Shown here piece by piece: positions 29,310 through 38,569 of a DNA stretch of 49,145 nucleotides. Every line of letters starts with the position of its first letter. Position 1 is the stretch's first letter. Both the position numbers and the translations under genes were made by a program. Origin of the DNA: Clostridia bacterium (GTDB taxonomy: Bacteria; Bacillota; Clostridia; Oscillospirales; CAG-382); contig JAFYUY010000027.1 in assembly GCA_017549405.1 (NCBI GenBank), positions 1-49,145 of the forward strand, written 5' to 3'. The notes under the pieces are model-generated. The model was not told the origin of the DNA. It searched no databases and saw nothing but the letters and a program-made list of their open reading frames with translations.

Positions 29310-29486
29310 ATGTTTTTATTATAAAACAAAAGTTTATAGCAAGTATTGTGAATTCAGAAAACAGAAGATAGAACACCTTATGCAGTTTTATTTGCAGAAG
29401 TTGTTTCACCACACTTTTCACTTAAAATACGAAAGACCGTGCATTTTGCACTGTTGATAAAATTATCAAAGAAAGGAGAAAAATAC

Positions 29487-30506
29487 ATGAACAACATTGC
29501 GATAGATCTTGGAACCTCCACCGTGCAAGTCTACGTCAAAGGTAAGGGAGTGGTTCTTGAAGAACCCTCGGTCGTTGCTGTGGATAAGACATCGGGCAAG
29601 GTTTTAAAGGTCGGCAGAGAAGCAGAGCTTATGTTGGGCAGAACTCCGGGAAATATACTGGCTGTACGCCCCATGGTTGGCGGAGTTATATCCGATTATG
29701 ATGCAACCTTAAAGCTTTTGCAATCTCTCATAAAGCGCGCCCAGGAGCAGACATTTTTTAAGCCCAAGGTAATGATATGCGTACCCAGCAGTATTACCGA
29801 GGTTGAAGAACGTGCTGTGTGCGATGCTGCTATTTGTGCAGGCGCAAAGAAGACTTATCTCATAGAAGCTCCCGTTGCGGCTGCGATAGGTGCGGGAATC
29901 GATATATCCCGTGCGGTAGGTAATCTTGTTGTGGATATCGGCGGCGGAACTACCGATGTGGCAGTTATTTCCATGCACAACGTGGTAACAGGCGAATCCA
30001 TAAAGATAGCGGGAGATGCCATAAACGATGCCATCATCAAGTATATACGTCGTAAGTATAATATGCTCATAGGCGAGCGCACCGCAGAAGATGTGAAAAT
30101 ACAAATTGGTTGTGCGTGGCCTGCGGATAAGATAAACTTCATGCAGGTAAAGGGCAGATGTCTTATTGAAGGTCTTCCCAAGATGATTGAGGTTTCTTCT
30201 CAGGAATTGCTCGAGGCAATAGAAGAACCCGTGACTTCCATAGTGAATGCCATTTGTGCCGTTATAGAGCGCACACCTCCCGAGCTTGTGGGCGATATTG
30301 CAGCTGCGGGAATCGTTATGACGGGCGGCGGAAGTCTGCTTTCGGGACTTGATAAGCTCGTTGAGCACGTAACGGGAATCCGCACTTTTATTGCCGATAA
30401 CCCCGCAAAGTCTGTGGCGATAGGTGCGGGAAGATCTCTTGATAATCTTTCCACCAATATGCCGGGAACTATAAACCTTGCCCGCAAAAGACAGGAAAGA
30501 CTTTGA
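29487..30506 (+). CDS. mreB: rod shape-determining actin homologue MreB/Mbl
   Basis: ATG at 29487 after aaaggaga. IAIDLGTSTVQVYVKGKG, VVDIGGGTTDVAVIS, MTGGGSLLSGL. No mreC or mreD follows. Confidence 0.93.
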   Translation: MNNIAIDLGTSTVQVYVKGKGVVLEEPSVVAVDKTSGKVLKVGREAELMLGRTPGNILAVRPMVGGVISDYDATLKLLQSLIKRAQEQTFFKPKVMICVPSSITEVEERAVCDAAICAGAKKTYLIEAPVAAAIGAGIDISRAVGNLVVDIGGGTTDVAVISMHNVVTGESIKIAGDAINDAIIKYIRRKYNMLIGERTAEDVKIQIGCAWPADKINFMQVKGRCLIEGLPKMIEVSSQELLEAIEEPVTSIVNAICAVIERTPPELVGDIAAAGIVMTGGGSLLSGLDKLVEHVTGIRTFIADNPAKSVAIGAGRSLDNLSTNMPGTINLARKRQERL

Positions 30507-30529
30507 TCATTTTCTGCAAAAAATGTCGT

Positions 30530-30545
30530 TGTTTCACGTGAAACA
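30530..30545. promoter_or_regulatory. parS (ParB/Spo0J binding site), perfect palindromic consensus
   Basis: TGTTTCACGTGAAACA equals the canonical 16-bp parS palindrome. Confidence 0.85.
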
Positions 30546-30556
30546 CGGCAGAAATA

Positions 30557-30572
30557 TGTTTCATGTGAAACA
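30557..30572. promoter_or_regulatory. parS, one central mismatch
   Basis: TGTTTCATGTGAAACA, starting 27 bp after the first site. Confidence 0.75.
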
Positions 30573-30664
30573 TTTTGTGTGTTTCGAAACACATTAGTCA
30601 TAAATATATATTGAGTAAGCCGGGCACTTTGCCCGAAGTGAAAAAGCAAATTTTGGGGTGCAAT

Positions 30665-31675
30665 ATGCCAAAAAATAATTTTGTGTGCGACCTTTCAGAT
30701 ATTTCAGATGCAGAACAGAGAGTTCTCGATAGAATTCTTTCGTCAATATCTGCGGGAAACCATGCACATTCATTTATAATAGACGGCGGAAGCGCAATTT
30801 CACGCTTTCGTTGTGCAATATGTGTGGCGTGCGCTCTTGTTTGCGAGGATAAAAGGGGAGTAATGCCCTGTATGACCTGCTCACAGTGTTTGAAAATACT
30901 TTGCGGGGATCATACAGATATAAAGACGCTTGGCGAAGAGGACGATGTCCGTGTGGACGATATCCGCGCCATAAGCAAAGAGGCATATATCCTTCCCACA
31001 GATTGCGAATACCACGTATATATATTAAAATCAGCGGACAGAATGAACAGCTTTGCCCAGAATGCATTGCTGAAAATAATGGAAGAACCGCCTAAAAATA
31101 CTGTGTTTATATTACTTTCACCGTCAAAGGAGCTTCTTTTGCCGACTGTTGTTTCGCGCGCTCAGGCGCTGACTTTGGGCAAAAGCAGTCTTGACGAGAT
31201 GGAAAAAGCCTTGTGTGCAAAATTCCCGAATATTTCACCGCAAGCTGCACGCAGAGCAGCACGTCTGCAAAGCGGCATGGATAAGATCGAGCTTGATGCG
31301 GGAAGCTTAAAGACCGCTGATGCGGCATATGATACAGTGCACAGTTTTTACGTGGAAAAGCAATACAGAATCAACGAGGCACTGCCAAAGACCCGCGATG
31401 CATTGGTATTTACGCTCAGCATCCTTGCAATGGCTGCAAGGGATATTGCTGTGGATAAAAATACAGCAAATGCGCAGCTTTTGTTTTCGAAAGAGGGGAA
31501 GACTTTGAATCTGCAAAGTCTAACTTTTCTCTTAAGCGTGCAATGGAGCTTTATGAGATATTCTCAAATGCTGCAGAACGTGCTGATAATGCGGGAAATC
31601 AGGCATCTGTGCTTGCAGAATTGTTTGCCGCGGTCAGAAAATGACCGCATACTACGAAAGGTAATTAATAATTAA
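30665..31675 (+). CDS. holB: DNA polymerase III delta-prime subunit, with an apparent frameshift near the 3' end
   Basis: HAHSFIIDGG, Zn module CMTCSQCLKILCGDHTDI, LLKIMEEPP, TVVSRAQAL. After about 31459-31500 the -1 frame encodes a far more plausible helical tail that ends at 31644. Confidence 0.85.
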   Translation: MPKNNFVCDLSDISDAEQRVLDRILSSISAGNHAHSFIIDGGSAISRFRCAICVACALVCEDKRGVMPCMTCSQCLKILCGDHTDIKTLGEEDDVRVDDIRAISKEAYILPTDCEYHVYILKSADRMNSFAQNALLKIMEEPPKNTVFILLSPSKELLLPTVVSRAQALTLGKSSLDEMEKALCAKFPNISPQAARRAARLQSGMDKIELDAGSLKTADAAYDTVHSFYVEKQYRINEALPKTRDALVFTLSILAMAARDIAVDKNTANAQLLFSKEGKTLNLQSLTFLLSVQWSFMRYSQMLQNVLIMREIRHLCLQNCLPRSENDRILRKVINN

Positions 31676-33318
31676 TGGAAAAGAAAGACAGAAACGCAAA
31701 ACCGGGCGATAACGAGATAGTTACCAAAAAAGGCTTTCTCATTTCGCCTCCCAAGAGAGTGCCGTCGCCAAAGCCGTCATTCCTTATGAATAAATCCGAT
31801 GCAAAGGAAAAGCCTGCGGAAAATAAAAAAGAAAACAATAATAAGGATACGGCAAGGGAAAATAATCCCGCAAATAATAATGCCGAGAAAAAGAACTTTG
31901 ATAAAAAGAACGGCAAGAAGCATTTTGGCGGCAACAAAAATGCCGATAAGCGCGATAACAAAATAAAGGAATCCGAAAAAAATAATGCACCCGAGCAGAA
32001 CAAAAACAATGCTCCCGTGGTGCAAAAGGAAAATAAGGAAAATAAGGAAAATTCGGATAACCGTAAAAACAACGGTAAAAAGCACAAGAACGGTGGGGAA
32101 AATAAAAACCATCCTCAGGAGCAGACTTCCGAAAAGAACCATAACAATAATCACGCCAAAGGCGGAAAAAATGAAAAGCGCCGCGATAAAAATGAGCAGC
32201 GGGAAAATGATCAGCGCAAGAACGGCAAGGAAAAGGATGCCGGAAGAATAGTTCCGTCTGTACTCGGAGATCTCGGCTTTGTATCCGATGCTTTTAAAAA
32301 GCGTTCGGGTGCTTTGAATTACAGCACAAATGAAGATGATACTCCCGAGGAAAAAATAGACTATTCCAAGGCAATACCGCTGAGAGATCAGATATATCCG
32401 CCAAAGAAAGAAAAGAAAGTACTTTCCGAGCAGGAAAAAGAGGGCAAGACCGAAATAATCGGCATAAGATTCAAAGAAGCGGGAAAAATTTATTATTTTG
32501 ACCCCGACGGAAAAGAAGTGCCCTACGGAACCCCCGTAATAGTTGAAACTGCACGAGGTCTTGAATATGGTTATACCGCAATATCAAACAGATTCATACC
32601 CGTGGATGCAATAGTTACCCCCCTCAAAAAAATAATCCGCCTTGCCACAAATGAGGATAAAGAGCGCCTTGATGCCAATAAGCTTCTCGAAAAGCAGGCA
32701 GAGGGCGTATTCGTGGAAAAGGTCGAAAAGCTTGGCCTTGCAATGTCGCTCGTTGGGGTGGAATATACCTTTGACAACACAAAGCTTCTGTTTTACTTTG
32801 CGGCAGAAAACCGCATAGATTTCCGAGAGCTTGTAAAGGAGCTTGCCGCTGTGTTCCGCACAAGAATAGAGCTGCGCCAGGTCGGTGTGCGTGATGAAGC
32901 AAAAATGCTCGGAGGTCTTGGAGTTTGCGGACGTCCGCTTTGCTGCAATACTTTCCTTGGAGAATTTGCACAGGTATCCATAAAGATGGCAAAGGATCAG
33001 AGCCTTTCCCTCAGCTCCTCAAAGATATCGGGCACTTGCGGAAGACTTCTGTGCTGCCTGCGTTATGAAGACGAAGTATATCAGCAGGAATACGAGCGCA
33101 CTCCCAAGGTAGACGCTATTGTTGAAACCCCCGAGGGCAAGGGAGTTGTTGTGGAAACAAATCCGCTTAAGGGCATTGTGCGTGTGCGCATGGACGACCG
33201 CAAGGAGGCTCCTCCTCAGGCATTCCACCGTGACAGTGTGAAGATAGTTGGATATCTTAAAAATAATAAAAATAACGACGAAGATCTTGCAGAGCTTAAA
33301 GAGCTGGAAAAAGAATAA
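31675..33318 (+). CDS. ricT: RicT/YaaT (PSP1 C-terminal domain) protein with a 260-aa Lys/Asn/Glu-rich N-terminal extension
   Basis: From aa 261: IIGIRFKEAGKIYYFDP...VETARGLEYG...CGRPLCCNTFL...CGRLLCCLRYE, the PSP1 core with Cys clusters. Conserved holB-ricT order. The N-terminus is low complexity (KKENNNKD, NKENKEN). Confidence 0.88.
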   Translation: MEKKDRNAKPGDNEIVTKKGFLISPPKRVPSPKPSFLMNKSDAKEKPAENKKENNNKDTARENNPANNNAEKKNFDKKNGKKHFGGNKNADKRDNKIKESEKNNAPEQNKNNAPVVQKENKENKENSDNRKNNGKKHKNGGENKNHPQEQTSEKNHNNNHAKGGKNEKRRDKNEQRENDQRKNGKEKDAGRIVPSVLGDLGFVSDAFKKRSGALNYSTNEDDTPEEKIDYSKAIPLRDQIYPPKKEKKVLSEQEKEGKTEIIGIRFKEAGKIYYFDPDGKEVPYGTPVIVETARGLEYGYTAISNRFIPVDAIVTPLKKIIRLATNEDKERLDANKLLEKQAEGVFVEKVEKLGLAMSLVGVEYTFDNTKLLFYFAAENRIDFRELVKELAAVFRTRIELRQVGVRDEAKMLGGLGVCGRPLCCNTFLGEFAQVSIKMAKDQSLSLSSSKISGTCGRLLCCLRYEDEVYQQEYERTPKVDAIVETPEGKGVVVETNPLKGIVRVRMDDRKEAPPQAFHRDSVKIVGYLKNNKNNDEDLAELKELEKE

Positions 33319-33364
33319 TTATTAACAAAGTGTTAACAAACGGGACGGTTGACAAACCGTCCCA

Positions 33365-33432
33365 TCACTCTCTCGATAAAGTATAATATAAAATAAAATC
33401 CAATTTGTGTTTTCGGTGACTTTACTGCCGAA
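33365..33432 (-). repeat. about 70-bp dispersed intergenic module, copy C
   Basis: The reverse complement aligns with 20700-20774 (see copy A). It is followed on the minus strand by the hairpin gggacgg/ccgtccc at 33342-33363. Confidence 0.7.
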
Positions 33433-33480
33433 GATCCGAATATAAAGACATTGCAAATTTTTAAAAAAGGAGAACCGAAA

Positions 33481-34860
33481 ATGAAAGGTCATTCAAATCT
33501 CAGTTACTCCCATTATGTGCCGCCACTATTTAACGGCGGAGATATCTACATATGCCGCATAGTGCCTTTTTCGGAAAGTATCCATTTTGAATGGAAAGAT
33601 GACCTTGAAAATGCGGAATACGAGATCTTTTTCCGCAAAAGAGGCACAGAAAGCTTTGCTTCTGCGGGAAAGACCGCAGAGTGTGAATTTGATATACAAA
33701 AGCTGTGCGACGGAACCGATTACGAATTTTATGTGCAAAGCGGCAATAAAAAGAGCAGGATACGCCTTGCACGCACGGGCGAGCCGATAGGTACTGTTGT
33801 AAACTACCTGCATCCCGAGGACGGAGCGTATTCTTTTTCGGGCAGCTACCTTTGCTCTCCGTCGCTTGTGCGCCACCCCGAAGGATATTTGCTTGCCTCC
33901 ATGGACGTTTATGATCTTGGTGCTCCGCAGAACCTTGCGCTTATTTTCCGCTCCGATGATGACGGCAAGACCTGGCATCATGTGAGCGATCTTATGCCTT
34001 GCTTCTGGCCCAAGCTGTTTATCCACCGAGGCGATCTTTATGTGCTTGCGTGCTCCTGCGAATACGGTGATCTTTTAATATCACGCTCGTGTGACGGCGG
34101 AAAGACATTTTGCGCACCCGTGGCACTCTTGCGGGGTTCGGGCGGCAAGAAGGGGAATTGCGGAGTTCACAAAAACCCCCAGAATGTGTTTTATCACGGC
34201 GGCAGGATATATGAAACTCTTGAATGGGGCACATGGGAAAATAAGGAATACGGCCATGCTGCAATGGTCATGTCGTGCAGTGAGGACGATGATCTTCTTG
34301 TTCCCGAGAACTGGAGCTTTACGGAGCCTGTGAAATTCGACCATTTTGCGCCCGAGATATCGCACCTTAAAAAGCCCGTGATGACCATTGAGGGAACACT
34401 TACTCTCTCGCCTTGCGGAAAGCTTTTAAACATCATGCGCTTTGGCATGAGAGATCACGTGCTTGCGTACGAGGTGAATACCGAGCATCACGAAGCGCCG
34501 CTTAAGTATCACGGCATTATAAAAATGGGTGTTACCTTTGCAAAATTCATGATAAAATTCGATGATGTTTCGGGGAAATATTACAGTGTGGCTTCAAAGA
34601 CCCACGACGGTTGCCCCGATTACGCACGTAATTATCTGGTGCTGCTTTGCTCACCCGATCTTGAAAACTGGACCGTGGAGCGTGAGCTTTTCGACTTCCG
34701 TCACATAGATGCGGAAAAGGTGGGACTTCAGTACATTGATTTTTCCTTTGACGGAGATGATATTATATATCTTTGCCGCACGGCAATAAATGATGCGGCA
34801 AGCTTCCACGACAGCAATTATTCCACATTCCACCGGATCTGCAATTTCAGGGGAGAATAA
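33481..34860 (+). CDS. BNR/Asp-box repeat protein (sialidase-like beta-propeller) with an N-terminal Fn3-like segment
   Basis: ATG at 33481 after aaaggaga. Asp-boxes SDDDGKTW and SCDGGKTF. No signal peptide. Confidence 0.6.
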   Translation: MKGHSNLSYSHYVPPLFNGGDIYICRIVPFSESIHFEWKDDLENAEYEIFFRKRGTESFASAGKTAECEFDIQKLCDGTDYEFYVQSGNKKSRIRLARTGEPIGTVVNYLHPEDGAYSFSGSYLCSPSLVRHPEGYLLASMDVYDLGAPQNLALIFRSDDDGKTWHHVSDLMPCFWPKLFIHRGDLYVLACSCEYGDLLISRSCDGGKTFCAPVALLRGSGGKKGNCGVHKNPQNVFYHGGRIYETLEWGTWENKEYGHAAMVMSCSEDDDLLVPENWSFTEPVKFDHFAPEISHLKKPVMTIEGTLTLSPCGKLLNIMRFGMRDHVLAYEVNTEHHEAPLKYHGIIKMGVTFAKFMIKFDDVSGKYYSVASKTHDGCPDYARNYLVLLCSPDLENWTVERELFDFRHIDAEKVGLQYIDFSFDGDDIIYLCRTAINDAASFHDSNYSTFHRICNFRGE

Positions 34861-35000
34861 CGGCATGTGCGTTGCAAAACCATCAAAAGTTTCAGAGTCA
34901 AGGGGCAGCGCTTTTGTCGTCCCGTGCTGAGGACGAAACCCTTTTTGCGTCCGCAAAGCGCAGGAGAGGTGAATTTTTGATCATTTTGTGGTCGAAAAGA

Positions 35001-35037
35001 GGGAAACCCCCAGCGGGGGTTTCCCTTGAGCTTTTTA
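35001..35037 (+). terminator. rho-independent terminator
   Basis: gggaaaccccc-agc-gggggtttccc followed by a T-rich tract. Confidence 0.6.
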
Positions 35038-35102
35038 TAAGTAACTTTATCGACAGACTGAACGGAGCCGTAGCTTATGCTGCGGCTCCGTAATTTTTAT
35101 TT

Positions 35103-35147
35103 AATTAATCAGTTAATTTTCAATTAATCAGTTAATTTTCAATTAAC
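35103..35147. repeat. 19-bp tandem duplication (2.4 copies) spanning the stop codon of the SLH protein gene
   Basis: aattaatcagttaattttc at 35103-35121 and 35122-35140, plus a partial copy from 35141. Confidence 0.85.
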
Positions 35148-38100
35148 TGGCGGATTCATCCACAACTACCACTACGGCATTGTTATCGCCAAGATGGTTC
35201 TTTATATTGATGTGGGAATTATAATCGCAGGTCTTGTTGACACCCTTAAGAGATCCGAGGGTGCAGCCTAAAGTCTGGATATAAATGTTCTTGTCGTAGA
35301 ATTCGTTGGAATTTGCAGGAACGGAAACAAGGTATCCCGCACAGCGGTCGAGAATGTTATATTCCGTTGTTTCATCATAGTTTTCCGAAAGGGAAGCACC
35401 ACAGTAGAGGCGCGCACCCTTCTGACGGAAGCGGACTATGGAGCCCCAGCCGTAACCGCCGTTACGCAGAACATTATAGCGGTAAATAACGTCATTTGTC
35501 ACACGGGTATAGGTATCCTCAGCATCACCGAGCTGGTCGGCTGTGGGGGGAGCGTTGTAGAATTCGATTCCCCAGTGAACAAGCTCCATAAGGTTTGAGG
35601 TATAGCGGATATTTTTCTGGATACAGTCGCCTTTTGATGCCGAGCGCTGATGGGTAACGGCGGTATCGTAGATCTGATACATCCAGTTGTTTTCCACAAA
35701 GTAGCCGTCGCATGCGCCGTAAATTTCCACGGCATTACCGTAGTTTACGGCAGAGCCGTTTGCATGTAAGCTGAGCACCGAACCGCCAAGCCATGAGAAT
35801 ACGCAGTTTGTAACGGTACGGTTTTTGCATCCGCCCGCACCGCCCATAGCATGGGCTCCCGTGAACTTAAAGGAAAGGTTATCTATGATAATATCGTTTG
35901 CCTTGCCGTTAAATGTATTTGCTCTTTCGCCTATTTCAATGGATGAGAAGCGCTCACCGGGATTTCCGCCCGTACTGTAAACGTAAAGGTCGCCGTTCGT
36001 TGTCAGTTCATTGTCCGGAAGCACGGAATAGAATTGCAGGTCTTCGCAAAGATCCTGAACTCCCGTAAATCCCAAGGTGTCTTTATTCATTATCTTGCCG
36101 TAGAGCTCGTCGTAGGAAGCATCACTGTAGTCCTGAAGATCGTGGTCGAAGCCGATGACACCGACGTTCGCAAGCTGCTCTGTGCAGCGGTAAACGTTTT
36201 CATATTCCGTTTCCTCCCACAGTGCGGGGTCGGCATAGTTCTTTTTGGACTGAAGGATAAGGGGCTTGTTGCCCGTTCCGTAGGAGCCGTAGATAATACC
36301 GTCTTTATTAACGTTAACAGTTCCGCGGTAAACACCGCCGCGCTCAAACAGAATGGCATCGCCCGCCTTGAGCTTGGACGAAATGTTTGCAATACCTGCG
36401 ATGGTTTTGAGCGGAGAGTTTTTGCTTGCGGTTGTGTTTTTCAATTCAAGCGATCCATAGGAGACCCAAACGTCTTTTCCGGATTTTTCGGAAACGTAAT
36501 ATTTATTACCGGTAATTTTATCGGCATAGATCTCCTCGGTGTTGGGGGTATTGAGGATGTCCTGCTTCATCTGATCGGCAATGACCTCAACACCGTCGCG
36601 GATAGCTGTGCCGGAAAGCTGTTTGGACTGATCGTAAAGAGCGGTCACATATTCCTTTGCGGTGCCCTCGGGCATCTTGAAGGTATTGTTGTTTACATTT
36701 TCGCCAACTGTCCACACACCGTCGCCAAGCTCTGCAGCAGCTGCTGCTATCTGACCCTGCGCCCAGTGACCGTTTGTATCGGCAAAGGGTGCCTTCACTC
36801 CGTCTGCGGGAAGTCTTTTTGCATAGCGGTTGATAAAGGTTATCGCTTCTGCGCGGGTAAGAGTGTTATCGGGCATAAAGTAGCCGTTTGCGTAACCTAC
36901 TATTATTCCGTCGCGGGCGGCAGCGGAGATATCCTGATAATAGGGATTGTCGATTCTCACGTCATAAAAATCGTAAAGCTTTGAATTTATTTCATTGTCA
37001 TGGGGCATAAGTGATTCCGCAATGCTGATAAATTCTGCGCGGGTGATGGGGGCGTTGGGGTTATATTTTTTCTCTGCGATCCATGCTTCGGGAAGACATG
37101 CCACGGATTCGAGATATGCCGCGGTGTTGTAATACCAGTCGGCAACGGATATATCGGTGAATGAGCTTGTGAGAGCTTTGTTGTTTGCGGAAGCTTCGTC
37201 TGTTGAAAGGCTGACGAGAAGCTTTGCTGCTTCAGCTCTTGTGACTGCCTTTTCGGGATAAAAATTCCCGTCGGGATACCCCTGCGCATAAGCATCGTTT
37301 GATGTGGGAACACTGCCTATGCGGGTATAGGTTATGTGGTTTTCGCCTTTGGAAAGCATAATGTTTCCGCCGTTGAACTTTGTTCCGTTTACAGTGGCAT
37401 AGAAGCCCTTGTCGGGAGTAACTTTAAATATTCCCGCAGTTTCCGTTGCGGAAACAGAACCGTGCATTCCGCTGAAAACGATATATTTGCCTTTGGCACT
37501 TTCGGGAAGATTGTGAGATACATATGTGTCGTTGTTCATAATGACAGCAATGTATCCGCCAACGGTATTGTTGAGGATATTGGAATGGTTTATGTTGCCA
37601 ATGTTTCCGCCGTTTGATGTAATTACAACGTTTCCGTTGATGGGGCCGTCGGTATCGTTAGCGAAATATTTGTTGAAGCCAAGGTTCAAGGTGTTCATCT
37701 GACCGCCGTTTACGGTAATATTAACATTGCCGTTGATACCCTCGGTGGTCTTTTTGGGATAACCGCCGCCTGCAAAATAGGAGTTTATAATACCGCCGTC
37801 AAGCGTGAAGTTTATGGAATCAACGTATTGCTTGTATCCGCCTGCCTGCGCGCGAGAGGTTTCACCAACACCGTCGTGGATGCATATGCCGTGGTTATTT
37901 ACGGTTACTTCTTTGCCAATCGTAAAGGGGTAGCCGACGGTGTTTATAAAAAGACTTCCGCGGCTTGGTTCAAGCTGTATGTATTCCACCTTTGTGGGTC
38001 CCTGAAGACCGATGGAAGTATAATAAAGCTTTGCATCGGGATAGATATTACCCGTTGCGGGGTCTTTACCGGTTATGGTTATGAGTCCCGTGTGCTTGTA

Positions 38101-38409
38101 CTGATATAACAGGTGTTCACCTGAAGCATCGGTGAATTTTGCTGCATTGTCCCATTTGACATCGGGCATATCACCGGTGACAACAATGGTTCCACCTGCG
38201 GGGTAAAGTGCTGCATATGCCCTTGCATAAGAAGCAAAGGGAGCATTTTTTGTACCCGATGCGGAGTCACTTCCGTTTGAGGAAATATACACCACCGCAG
38301 AGCTTGCGGAAACATTTGCGGGAGCAAAGATGATGCAAGCAGTAATAAGCATTGCCGCTGCAAGAACGGCGGAGAGGATCTTTCTGAAATCTGCCTTAAA
38401 GTTTTTCAC
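35143..38409 (-). CDS. secreted cell-wall protein: beta-helix (pectin-lyase-fold-like) regions flanking three central SLH domains
   Basis: GTG start after GGAGG. Signal peptide/TM ILSAVLAAAMLITACIIFAPANVSA. SLH-like segments: YPDGNFYPEKAVTRAEAAKLL, FTDISVADWYYN, GYANGYFMPDNTLTRAEAITFINR. Gly/Asn-rich beta-helix repeats. Confidence 0.8.
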   Translation of the reverse strand: MKNFKADFRKILSAVLAAAMLITACIIFAPANVSASSAVVYISSNGSDSASGTKNAPFASYARAYAALYPAGGTIVVTGDMPDVKWDNAAKFTDASGEHLLYQYKHTGLITITGKDPATGNIYPDAKLYYTSIGLQGPTKVEYIQLEPSRGSLFINTVGYPFTIGKEVTVNNHGICIHDGVGETSRAQAGGYKQYVDSINFTLDGGIINSYFAGGGYPKKTTEGINGNVNITVNGGQMNTLNLGFNKYFANDTDGPINGNVVITSNGGNIGNINHSNILNNTVGGYIAVIMNNDTYVSHNLPESAKGKYIVFSGMHGSVSATETAGIFKVTPDKGFYATVNGTKFNGGNIMLSKGENHITYTRIGSVPTSNDAYAQGYPDGNFYPEKAVTRAEAAKLLVSLSTDEASANNKALTSSFTDISVADWYYNTAAYLESVACLPEAWIAEKKYNPNAPITRAEFISIAESLMPHDNEINSKLYDFYDVRIDNPYYQDISAAARDGIIVGYANGYFMPDNTLTRAEAITFINRYAKRLPADGVKAPFADTNGHWAQGQIAAAAAELGDGVWTVGENVNNNTFKMPEGTAKEYVTALYDQSKQLSGTAIRDGVEVIADQMKQDILNTPNTEEIYADKITGNKYYVSEKSGKDVWVSYGSLELKNTTASKNSPLKTIAGIANISSKLKAGDAILFERGGVYRGTVNVNKDGIIYGSYGTGNKPLILQSKKNYADPALWEETEYENVYRCTEQLANVGVIGFDHDLQDYSDASYDELYGKIMNKDTLGFTGVQDLCEDLQFYSVLPDNELTTNGDLYVYSTGGNPGERFSSIEIGERANTFNGKANDIIIDNLSFKFTGAHAMGGAGGCKNRTVTNCVFSWLGGSVLSLHANGSAVNYGNAVEIYGACDGYFVENNWMYQIYDTAVTHQRSASKGDCIQKNIRYTSNLMELVHWGIEFYNAPPTADQLGDAEDTYTRVTNDVIYRYNVLRNGGYGWGSIVRFRQKGARLYCGASLSENYDETTEYNILDRCAGYLVSVPANSNEFYDKNIYIQTLGCTLGSLKGVNKTCDYNSHINIKNHLGDNNAVVVVVDESAS

Positions 38410-38569
38410 TTGGCACCTCCGTGTTTTAAAAAAATAAGCATAAAACTACATTATATTTATAATAACACTTTTTTGTTATATTGTCAACATAAATAAATCG
38501 GCAAAGAATGAATATGTGCCGTTTTTGCGGAAAAAATAAGAATGAGCTTAAGAAAAAAGAACGATACTG

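Noticed and set aside
29454-29469. Inverted repeat TTGATAA-aa-TTATCAA just upstream of the mreB RBS
   Set aside because: It is a single AT-rich occurrence matching no operator consensus I can name (FNR-like half-sites but the wrong spacing). It cannot be separated from chance.
31665-32154. Minus-strand ORFs of 125-140 aa opposite the ricT 5' region
   Set aside because: They are artefacts of the A/G-rich low-complexity coding sequence. They encode Phe/Leu/Ser-rich nonsense.
36034-36984. 316-aa plus-strand ORF inside the SLH protein gene. Similar long antisense ORFs occur at 23595-24458, 26735-27418, 14330-14914 and 29709-30368.
   Set aside because: These are shadow ORFs antisense to genes with clear family motifs. 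They have no RBS and odd composition.
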